Virus record (IMG/VR): IMGVR_UViG_3300002307_000018
Location: 32,001-96,000 of that record
Length of the DNA stretch: 64,000 nucleotides
Strand: one strand, 5' to 3'
DNA from: a virus
Taxonomy: Duplodnaviria > Caudoviricetes
Shown piece by piece: positions 20,664 to 29,020 of the stretch (its first letter is position 1; every line of letters starts with the position of its first letter). The position numbers were made by a program, and so were the translations under genes. A model generated the notes under the pieces. That model was not told the DNA's origin. It searched no databases and was given only the letters and a program-made list of their open reading frames with translations.

Positions 20664-21475
20664 GAAGAATCTACGCATACGGAGATAGTTTTATTGCCAA
20701 TGAATCTAAGATTTATCCTGAATGGGCACAGATACTATCGAATAATTTGAATACTTCTTTATTTAATAAAGGAGTTAGCGCAGGCAGCACAGAAAATGCA
20801 ATGACTAAGTTGTACAATGACATGGACAATAATAACATTACTGACAATGACATTGTATTATTTCAGACCAGTACTCCGGGAAGACTTCATTTTTTATTTC
20901 AACGTGATAGACCTGAAACGGCATCATTGTATACTCAAGATTCACACAGTGACTTTCATCTTCCAGAACATACTTGGTATCGTGAAAATAAACAGTACAT
21001 CAATTGGTATCTAAGAAACTTTGACATTAACTTAATGTCATTGAATCATTATTGCTATCTAAACACTGTTATTAACTTTGCCGTATCTAACCCTAATATC
21101 AAGATAGTAGTACTAAGCAATATATTTACTAACAATCATGCTAAGTTACCCAAATCACCCACAAATTGTATCATGATTCCAATTGAGTTGCACATGATTA
21201 GTAAGAATGAATTTGTCAATCCTAAGCATGATCATAATGATTGGCTTAAACATACAGTATATGACACTAGAATAAATCATCTAAGCAACAAGAATCTCGC
21301 ACTGTTGGCAGAGTTGATAGAAGAATCCATTGACACAGGCAGAACCGATAACTTTAGTTATAGTCGCTTTGTGCAACGTATATTTGAACCAATACGCACT
21401 GACAGTGACTATATAAGATACGTCGAACAGGGCCATTTACATTATGTACCTGACTGGTTGAAATTTAAAAAGTAA
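20660..21475 (+). CDS. SGNH hydrolase-like protein, paralog of 21606..22442
   Basis: YAYGDSF, NKGVSAGST, YDTRINH. Confidence 0.7.
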   Translation: MRRIYAYGDSFIANESKIYPEWAQILSNNLNTSLFNKGVSAGSTENAMTKLYNDMDNNNITDNDIVLFQTSTPGRLHFLFQRDRPETASLYTQDSHSDFHLPEHTWYRENKQYINWYLRNFDINLMSLNHYCYLNTVINFAVSNPNIKIVVLSNIFTNNHAKLPKSPTNCIMIPIELHMISKNEFVNPKHDHNDWLKHTVYDTRINHLSNKNLALLAELIEESIDTGRTDNFSYSRFVQRIFEPIRTDSDYIRYVEQGHLHYVPDWLKFKK

Positions 21476-21478
21476 CAT

Positions 21479-21604
21479 ATGATAAACAAACTTAAACTAT
21501 ACTATCAGATCATTATGGAGCGTACTGTACGCAGACTCGTTCGAGAGATCAAGTATCGTAAACGGCTTAAAGAGCAGCGTAAGAAAAATCCATTTATATA
21601 CTAA
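21479..21604 (+). CDS. Small basic 41-aa protein ending NPFIY (not in ORF track)
   Basis: Hand translation MINKLKLYYQIIMERTVRRLVREIKYRKRLKEQRKKNPFIY fills the intergenic gap exactly. Confidence 0.7.
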   Translation: MINKLKLYYQIIMERTVRRLVREIKYRKRLKEQRKKNPFIY

Positions 21605-21605
21605 T

Positions 21606-22442
21606 ATGAGAACGTTACACATTTACGGTGATAGTTATGCATCTAATCATGAAGTGGATGATTTAGTCCATAGTTCTAATAGTAGACAGTGTTGGACTAA
21701 TTTGGTTGCCGATAATCTAAAGATGCGACAGAATAATCATGCACGTGCGGGAACCAGTACATCATACAGCTTATTCAAATTTCAGCAGTGTATCAATGAC
21801 ATACTGCCCAACGATGTAGTAATATTTTGCGTTAGTTCCTTTGAAAGACTGACATTTATTCATCAACTTGAGTTTCCAGATACCGCAGCAACATTGACTT
21901 ATGAGGAATTGCCAAAGTCAATTGCTCATATGCGTAGACATGTATGGTATAAAGAGAATGCCACTCAATTAGAATGGTTTGCAAGAAACGCAGACGCTGA
22001 TAATCAAAAATTATCACACGAGGGATATATTCACATTATTAGAAACTTTGCCGAGTGCAATCCAAATGTCACAGTATTACTAATGTCATTGGACCATTAT
22101 AACATTAAGTTTCCAATGAGTATACCACGTAACTTGTTGATTCCAGCAACCACATTGTATTCGATATCAGCAACTGAGACTAAGATTAGTTATCGTGAAT
22201 TTACTAAGTATACTGGCTATGATCCTAGAATAAATCACTATAGTGTCAATAATTCTAGAATATTTGCAAACTTAGTAACTGAAGTTTTTCAAACTAATAG
22301 TGTAGAAAATTTAACATCGGATAAATTTGAATCAAACATTTATACAAGACCAATCGATACTGTAGAGGAGTATGATCGTCATATCGTGGCTGGTCATTTA
22401 TTAGATCGAATCTCCGTTAGAAAAATACTTAAAAAATTATAA
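21606..22442 (+). CDS. SGNH hydrolase-like protein
   Basis: HIYGDSY, NHARAGTS, YDPRINH. Confidence 0.7.
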   Translation: MRTLHIYGDSYASNHEVDDLVHSSNSRQCWTNLVADNLKMRQNNHARAGTSTSYSLFKFQQCINDILPNDVVIFCVSSFERLTFIHQLEFPDTAATLTYEELPKSIAHMRRHVWYKENATQLEWFARNADADNQKLSHEGYIHIIRNFAECNPNVTVLLMSLDHYNIKFPMSIPRNLLIPATTLYSISATETKISYREFTKYTGYDPRINHYSVNNSRIFANLVTEVFQTNSVENLTSDKFESNIYTRPIDTVEEYDRHIVAGHLLDRISVRKILKKL

Positions 22443-23404
22443 TGAACTATATTGGATTATCATGTGGATTTCACAATGCGTCATTGGCTGTAGTCAATAA
22501 AGATGGAGAGATAGTCTATACAGCACGTAGCAGTGAGTTTAGCGGTATACCTAATGACAAAAACTTAGACAGTAGACTAGTACTTAAAGCATTAGAGTAC
22601 TGTGACAATGAGTATGAACTACATTACTATGAGAATCCTTTACTCAAGTACTTACGACAATTACGAGCAGGTGAACGACCTAGTATTAAAACAATCAGTG
22701 CCAGTTATATGATCGGGCGACACAATCATAAACTGTTAAACAATAAACCAATACATACACACAAACATCATTTAACACATGCGGCTGGGGGATTTCAAAC
22801 ATCCACATTTGATCGTGCCACAGTAGTAGTGATTGACGCTATAGGCGAGTTCGACACAATCACAATATGGAGTGCAGAATATAAAAACAATCAAGCACAG
22901 TATCGAAGATTATACAGTCAAACGTATCCCGACAGTATTGGTTTGTTCTATAGTGCAATGACAAAACAAATTGGTCTTACGCCATTACAGGATGAATACA
23001 AGTTGATGAAGTATTCTGAGCATGGCAATAGATATAATGATTGTACATCAATATTGCTGGGCTCAGTTGTAAACAGTGTACGTGACTGTACATTATATGA
23101 TAACTTACACATTGGTTTGAATAAATCTGTTAGTGATTCACTGTTACAGTACTCAGTAGTAGACGTGGCAGCCAGTACTCAGTATGTGACCGAACAACTT
23201 ATTTACAGTGTCATGCAGCGAGCCAAATCATTTAACTTCAGCAACAATTTAGTATACAGTGGCGGCGTTGCATTAAATAGTATAGCAAACAATAATCTCT
23301 CAGACTTTTTCGACAATGTATGGATTATGCCAGACCCAAGCGATAGTGGCTCTAGTATTGGAGCCTGTGCATTGGCTTACGGCAGTAGATTGACATCACT
23401 ATAA
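22442..23404 (+). CDS. NodU/CmcH-type carbamoyltransferase, N-terminal Kae1-like domain only
   Basis: GLSCGFHNASLA, HHLTHAAGGF, VIDAIGEFDT, SIGLFYSAMT, YSGGVALN, PDPSDSGSSIGA; stops at 320 aa with no YrdC-like domain. Confidence 0.85.
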   Translation: MNYIGLSCGFHNASLAVVNKDGEIVYTARSSEFSGIPNDKNLDSRLVLKALEYCDNEYELHYYENPLLKYLRQLRAGERPSIKTISASYMIGRHNHKLLNNKPIHTHKHHLTHAAGGFQTSTFDRATVVVIDAIGEFDTITIWSAEYKNNQAQYRRLYSQTYPDSIGLFYSAMTKQIGLTPLQDEYKLMKYSEHGNRYNDCTSILLGSVVNSVRDCTLYDNLHIGLNKSVSDSLLQYSVVDVAASTQYVTEQLIYSVMQRAKSFNFSNNLVYSGGVALNSIANNNLSDFFDNVWIMPDPSDSGSSIGACALAYGSRLTSL

Positions 23405-23408
23405 TAAT

Positions 23409-24488
23409 ATGACAAAGAAACTTATTCAAGTACGTACACATTTAAACTCAATGACTGTTACATGGGTCATGAACAACATTTGCACCAATCACTGTGACTA
23501 TTGCCCACCTGTATTACACAAGGGTAGTAATCACAACTATAGCTGGGATCGTGCCAAAGAGTTTATGGAACGATTGTTTAAACGATATCTGCGTGTTAAT
23601 CTTAGCTTAAGTGGGGGCGAACCTACACTGTCTCCTTTTTTGCCTGAGCTAGTCAAGATGTTTAATGATCGTAAACAGGCAATAGGTATTACCACTAACG
23701 GAGCCAGAACAGTTAGATACTACGAAGAACTTGCCCCTATGCTTAGCTTTCTTACGTTCTCTTATCATCCTAGTTATCCAGAAGAGCAATTGATTGAAAA
23801 GATTCGTGCGTGTGCACCACACACAGTAGTACTGACACGTATCATGATGGACAGCAGACACTGGGATCGTGCTGTTGCTATGTACAATGAGTGCTTAAAT
23901 AATCTAGAGCATACTGCCGTTGAAGCGGTTATAATTCTGTCTGATATTAGTGATCGTCATGTAGGCAATGAGTATACGTCTGAACAATTGCAATGGATCA
24001 AAGATCATGAGTATACTGTATATCGTAGCAATGCTGATTATCAAAAGAATCCTAAGTGGAAAAAGTTCGACACATTGTCTTCATTTTGGTACAATGATGG
24101 ATCAATTAAGACTGATGATCCAAATGAATTAGTAAATCGTGGTGAAAATGACTTTCGTGGGTGGGCATGTAACATAGGTATCGAAAGTCTTTGTATACAT
24201 TACAATGGTTGGGTAGGTAAAGCTACTTGTGGAGTAGGACAAAACATGTTTCATATTGATGATCATGCTGCTCATCCGCTACCAGAACGAGCAGAGATAT
24301 GTACACAAGCTGTATGTGCTTGTGGTACTGATATTAGAATCTCAAAGGTACCAATCATGGACAAAGATGATCCCTATGTACTGGCAAGAACCGTAGTCAA
24401 TGAGCCTAAGAGCGAAGAAGAGTACAATAAGAAATACTATGACGAGAATGGTCGAGTAATTATACCTATTAGGCCTGTAACACAATGA
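23409..24488 (+). CDS. Radical SAM protein, paralog of 14583..15536
   Basis: NNICTNHCDYC, SGGEP, TTNG; C-terminal CNIG...ATC...CTQAVCAC. Confidence 0.9.
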   Translation: MTKKLIQVRTHLNSMTVTWVMNNICTNHCDYCPPVLHKGSNHNYSWDRAKEFMERLFKRYLRVNLSLSGGEPTLSPFLPELVKMFNDRKQAIGITTNGARTVRYYEELAPMLSFLTFSYHPSYPEEQLIEKIRACAPHTVVLTRIMMDSRHWDRAVAMYNECLNNLEHTAVEAVIILSDISDRHVGNEYTSEQLQWIKDHEYTVYRSNADYQKNPKWKKFDTLSSFWYNDGSIKTDDPNELVNRGENDFRGWACNIGIESLCIHYNGWVGKATCGVGQNMFHIDDHAAHPLPERAEICTQAVCACGTDIRISKVPIMDKDDPYVLARTVVNEPKSEEEYNKKYYDENGRVIIPIRPVTQ

Positions 24489-25699
24489 TCAATGATAAAC
24501 TGTGCGTGATACCATGGATTCATATGAACGTAGAAAGCAATGGTAGAGTTATACCATGCTGCATGACTGCTGCTCACAATTACACTGTAGGTGATGCTAA
24601 CACTCAAACTATAGAACAGTTATGGAACAATGACTCAATGACTGCACTACGCAAAGATATGATCAATGGCATTGAACCACGTATCTGTAACAAGTGTTTT
24701 GATCAAGAGCGAGTATTGGGCCATAGTAGTAGAACACATAACAATGATTTTTTTAAAAAGTCGTACGAGAATATTCCTAATATTACCAACAGTGACGGTA
24801 CAGTCATCGAACTAAAACTCAAGTACTGGGACTTTAGATTTTCAAACATATGTAATTTTAAGTGTCGTAGCTGTGGGCCACGATACAGCTCAGCATGGGT
24901 GCCAGATGCCAATAAAATGAAATTGTCATCGCAAGATAAGGTATGGCATATTGAGCAAGTAGATAATAAACCTAACTATGAGTTCTTAGAACAACACATA
25001 GACTATGTAGAAAAGATTTACTTTGCTGGTGGCGAACCACTTATGATGCAAGAACATTGGGATACACTGGAACTAATAGACAAACACAATCGATATGATG
25101 TTCGTGTACTGTATAATACCAATTTATCTGTGCTGTCATACAACAAACGTAATGTCTTAGACTATTGGAAAAATTGGAAAAAAGGAAACCTACATATTTC
25201 TGTCAGCATTGATGAGATCGACGAACGAGCAGAATACGTACGCAGTGGTACCAATTGGTCTAAGTTAGAAGACAATCTTGTAACAGTTAATAAGCTTGAC
25301 AATGTTATACTGTGGCCAAGCTTTACTGTTAGTATATACAATGTGTTTAGAATTCCAATGATCATTGATAGACTGATTGCTCTCAATGTCATTACTAAAG
25401 AATTCAATTATAAAAATTTTCATATTAACGTACTAACTGGCCCAAATCAATTAAGAATCAATGTGCTGCCAACTGAGTTTCGTCGTGAAATTTTAAAACA
25501 GTACAGTGACTATTGCATATCTTATAAGCAACGTTACAATGTTGATCTTGGATCTGTGTTTGATTATATCATTGATCATCTCAAGCAGCCACAGAATGAA
25601 CCAATGGTCAAGAATTTTATTAAATATTCCAATACACTAGATGAAATTAGAAATGAAAGTACGTTTACTGTGATTCCAGAGCTACAGTGCTTACTGTAA
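24485..25699 (+). CDS. Radical SAM protein with N-terminal twitch/SPASM-like cluster
   Basis: CVIPW...IPCC, CNKCFDQE, SNICNFKCRSC, AGGEP, NTN. Confidence 0.9.
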   Translation: MINDKLCVIPWIHMNVESNGRVIPCCMTAAHNYTVGDANTQTIEQLWNNDSMTALRKDMINGIEPRICNKCFDQERVLGHSSRTHNNDFFKKSYENIPNITNSDGTVIELKLKYWDFRFSNICNFKCRSCGPRYSSAWVPDANKMKLSSQDKVWHIEQVDNKPNYEFLEQHIDYVEKIYFAGGEPLMMQEHWDTLELIDKHNRYDVRVLYNTNLSVLSYNKRNVLDYWKNWKKGNLHISVSIDEIDERAEYVRSGTNWSKLEDNLVTVNKLDNVILWPSFTVSIYNVFRIPMIIDRLIALNVITKEFNYKNFHINVLTGPNQLRINVLPTEFRREILKQYSDYCISYKQRYNVDLGSVFDYIIDHLKQPQNEPMVKNFIKYSNTLDEIRNESTFTVIPELQCLL

Positions 25700-26326
25700 T
25701 TACTTGCGCCATATGCTCATGTAACGAGTGTATTCATTGGTATGATATTGCCCACTGAATATTGGCCCACGAACTTGATTCATCATCTCAAAATCTTTAA
25801 GATCAGTACTACAACGAACGTGTTCTAAACACGCAAAGAAGTTATTGCCCTGCACAACGACCAATGATCCTGGTGTAATGTTACGATACCAAGTATCGTA
25901 CTGCTGTTGTGTAACATGTTCGCTTGAAGTGTTGATTACTACATCACTAGACATACCCCAGTCATAGTCGTAGCTACACATATCAGCAGTTACAGCTTTG
26001 AAACGCCAACCATCCATTTCATACTGTTTGTTTATCGTGTCTGCTATATTTTCACACCATGGATCAATGTCGATTGAGCGAATCTTCTTGACACGAATAT
26101 CACTGTCATCTTGAAACATCATTGACGCTAGTACACCAATCCAACCTCCAAAGATGTATATATTCACTGGTCTGTAGTGTAACACTGTTGATAATTGTTT
26201 AACCAGCCAAGCTTTGCTTTCAAGCTGTCCAGACCACATACCATCTAAAGCACGAGTGCGTTCGTTGTCGGGTAAGTTACGTATGGCGTTAAACCAATAT
26301 CTTAGATCATCAATGTGTATTTTCAT
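25700..26326 (-). CDS. Class I SAM-dependent methyltransferase-like protein
   Basis: IYIFGGWIGVLA, IRSIDIDP, VTADM, VINTSSEH. Start moved to MKIHIDD at 26326. Confidence 0.7.
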   Translation of the reverse strand: MKIHIDDLRYWFNAIRNLPDNERTRALDGMWSGQLESKAWLVKQLSTVLHYRPVNIYIFGGWIGVLASMMFQDDSDIRVKKIRSIDIDPWCENIADTINKQYEMDGWRFKAVTADMCSYDYDWGMSSDVVINTSSEHVTQQQYDTWYRNITPGSLVVVQGNNFFACLEHVRCSTDLKDFEMMNQVRGPIFSGQYHTNEYTRYMSIWRK

Positions 26327-26331
26327 AAAAA

Positions 26332-26361
26332 TATTTATACAGATATAGTATATAGTAAATA
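26332..26361. promoter_or_regulatory. Back-to-back late promoters (minus TATAAATA 26332-26339; plus TAAATA 26356-26361)
   Basis: Each motif is 5 nt from its ATG (26326 minus, 26367 plus). Confidence 0.65.
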
Positions 26362-26366
26362 TTACT

Positions 26367-28985
26367 ATGAACACAATTGATGATACCGTTTGGAAAATAT
26401 TAGGTCCCGTAGACTTAGATAAATTTGATTTTAATTGGACACCGCCTGAGAATAGTGAACCCTATATCTATGTATGGGGTAACAAGTGGAACGATTGTAG
26501 TACTGATCCAATGATCGAATATCATCAACCAGAGGGAACAAGCAGAGTGTATATGAATGAACCAGTTGAACTATTGGTAGAAGAAGATCGCTGGAAGATA
26601 CTGATCGTCGGGGCTACAATGGATAGAACATGGCGCCCTAATCCCTATGATCCACCCTATATACATGTATTTGGTAACAAGTGGAACAACGCGACAATCG
26701 AACCTACAATTGAGTACTATGTAGAGGGCGCCACTGAGTGCAAGTACGTTGACAATATTATAGCAGAGTTACCACAGTGTCACGACAACTGGACACGATT
26801 GGGCTTAGAATCGTTTGACTATAGTTGGAGACCTAACCCATATGCTCCTCCGCAAACGTATGTGTGGTGGGAAAATAACGGCCCAATATATACAGTACCA
26901 GATTCAATTGGTACAGTGTACATGGATCGTGATCCGGCAACTATTCTACCAGCCCCACGCTACTATGTAGAAACAACCTTAGAAGACTTGATTGCTCAAC
27001 ACCCAGACGAAGTATTTTGGGCACTTAACAAAGAACTTAAGTATGAACATTTTGACTTTTCATGGAGATCACCAAGAGAAATTCATGATCATCTTAATGC
27101 TTTTGGTAACGAAACTAGCAAAGACACTGGTACATATTATGTTAATGCGCCCTCTTGGTTAGCAGGTCATCGTGATGTTAACTATATCAATGATGTTAGC
27201 TTTAATATTAGCACAGAACTTGATATGTTTTATATCAATCGTGGAGATGACTCACGATTCGCGGCACTTAAACAACGATTCCCGAATCTACAAAAGACAC
27301 GATACTTAAACAGTTGGGTCGATACCATTTTACGTTGCTTGAAAAAGGCCACTACTAAGCATGTTTGGATTCTAAGTAGCGACTGTGACTACACTGACTT
27401 TAAGTTTGACTTTTATCCGTCATCATGGCAATCAAATATGATTCATGTATTTGGTACACAATGGTCGCACTGGGGCAATACCTATATGGTCAATCGTGAC
27501 ACGTTTGAGCAAACTGCTAATGGTATAAAAGTCATTGAACACTGTAACAATATCAATCATGTACGTTCTAAACGTGCTAAATTGGTTGACTGTGCGTATG
27601 ACATACTGTACATAGATCATGGTAGCAAATCAACAGCACTAGAACAATTGCAAAGCTTAGCTACACCGCATAATATTATTACACTTAAGTACAGTGGTAG
27701 TTACTTAGACACGCTACTATCGTATGTTAATTCATTGAGCGAATATGAAATTCCTAACGAATCGTTTGTATGGATATGCAGCGGCTTATGTGATTACAGT
27801 AACTTTGATTTTAGCTATGCGTGTGATCCATTTGAGCGTGAGCAATTGCATGTATTCGCTAGTGAGTATCAACGTGCTAAACAAAAATTTGGAGATACGT
27901 TCTTACTGAACTTAGCTGAGTTCTATCGTGAGCGTTATCATTTAGAATCATTAGATGAGTATTCTAAAAGTGTGTCGTATATTGAACATGTTACAGTACC
28001 TAGATGGGACCATCCAGTGATATATCATGATCATGACAGTCAAGCTACGGCTATTTGTGAGAACAAGAATATTGATTATCCATATTATGAATTGATCAAT
28101 CGTAGTGCTGCACCCACTACTAATAGACCATTGGTGCCCAATATGTGGGACTCCTATGAGTCTCCTATTATAGTGCCCTCTACTGGAGCTACTAGAATTT
28201 TGGTGCCTGTAAGTACAACCGAATTCATATTCAATGAAGTGTATGACTATCATAATATTGAATTCGTAGACAATAAAGATGAATCACAGCCGCTTGACAT
28301 TGTATTCTTTTCCAATGGTGAGCCTGCCGCCAATGATAATTATGCACGACTACAGCAGATTATAATCGACAAACAGTTGCCCAACAGATTGGTACGTGTA
28401 GATGGAGTAGTCGGGCGTGTAGCAAGTCAACATGCGGCTGCTCGTTCCAGCAATACTGAGTGGTACTTCTTGGTCAACTGTAAGCTAAGCGTGAACACTG
28501 ACTTTGACTTTAGCTGGCAACCTGATAGACTGCAACAACCTAAACATTATATCTTTGTTGCTACTAACCCAGTGAATCACTTAGAGTACGGTCATCAAGC
28601 TATTGTGGCTAACAACAGAACCTTGACACTGAATACTGAGGTAGACGGTCTAGACTTTACCATGAGTAGCTTACATCAAGTAGTTAATAAGAATTGTGGT
28701 GTTGCAATATACAATACTGATCAATGGACTACATGGCGTACTGCGTTTAGAGAAGTCATCAAGCTTAAATACGCAAGTGATATAACCAATAATCGAGAAA
28801 CAAATCACAGACTAAAAACATGGTTATCAGTTGGTGACGCAGAGTATGGGCAATATAGTACTGGCGGAGCCTACGATGCTATTGAGTACTACGAAAGCGT
28901 AGAGGGCAATCTAGATGATCTAATGAACAGTTACGACTGGGAATGGATTCAAACTTACTATAAAGCCAAGTACGCTAACACGTAA
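26367..28985 (+). CDS. Multi-domain glycosyltransferase-like protein, 872 aa
   Basis: Repeated FDFSW(R)P..PYI(Y/H)VxGNxW units; C-terminal FFSNGEP...RVDGVVG...TWRTAFREVIKL domain homologous to 10069..11016. Confidence 0.6.
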   Translation: MNTIDDTVWKILGPVDLDKFDFNWTPPENSEPYIYVWGNKWNDCSTDPMIEYHQPEGTSRVYMNEPVELLVEEDRWKILIVGATMDRTWRPNPYDPPYIHVFGNKWNNATIEPTIEYYVEGATECKYVDNIIAELPQCHDNWTRLGLESFDYSWRPNPYAPPQTYVWWENNGPIYTVPDSIGTVYMDRDPATILPAPRYYVETTLEDLIAQHPDEVFWALNKELKYEHFDFSWRSPREIHDHLNAFGNETSKDTGTYYVNAPSWLAGHRDVNYINDVSFNISTELDMFYINRGDDSRFAALKQRFPNLQKTRYLNSWVDTILRCLKKATTKHVWILSSDCDYTDFKFDFYPSSWQSNMIHVFGTQWSHWGNTYMVNRDTFEQTANGIKVIEHCNNINHVRSKRAKLVDCAYDILYIDHGSKSTALEQLQSLATPHNIITLKYSGSYLDTLLSYVNSLSEYEIPNESFVWICSGLCDYSNFDFSYACDPFEREQLHVFASEYQRAKQKFGDTFLLNLAEFYRERYHLESLDEYSKSVSYIEHVTVPRWDHPVIYHDHDSQATAICENKNIDYPYYELINRSAAPTTNRPLVPNMWDSYESPIIVPSTGATRILVPVSTTEFIFNEVYDYHNIEFVDNKDESQPLDIVFFSNGEPAANDNYARLQQIIIDKQLPNRLVRVDGVVGRVASQHAAARSSNTEWYFLVNCKLSVNTDFDFSWQPDRLQQPKHYIFVATNPVNHLEYGHQAIVANNRTLTLNTEVDGLDFTMSSLHQVVNKNCGVAIYNTDQWTTWRTAFREVIKLKYASDITNNRETNHRLKTWLSVGDAEYGQYSTGGAYDAIEYYESVEGNLDDLMNSYDWEWIQTYYKAKYANT

Positions 28986-28990
28986 AACGA

Positions 28991-28998
28991 GATAAATA
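28991..28998 (+). promoter_or_regulatory. Late promoter gATAAATA
   Basis: Followed by an AGGA SD and the ATG at 29021. Confidence 0.55.
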
Positions 28999-29020
28999 AG
29001 TGAATAGGACGTAAACACAT

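Noticed and set aside
11016-25699. RiPP cluster with a precursor peptide
   Set aside because: I saw no leader/core-type precursor, RRE/PqqD domain, peptidase or exporter. The 41-aa peptide is basic and better explained as a carbamoyltransferase-linked factor. Not fully excluded.
7893-28985. Bacterial polysaccharide or secondary-metabolite island (host contamination)
   Set aside because: It is continuous with phage structural genes, uses the same TAAATA late motif, and lacks transporters and regulators.
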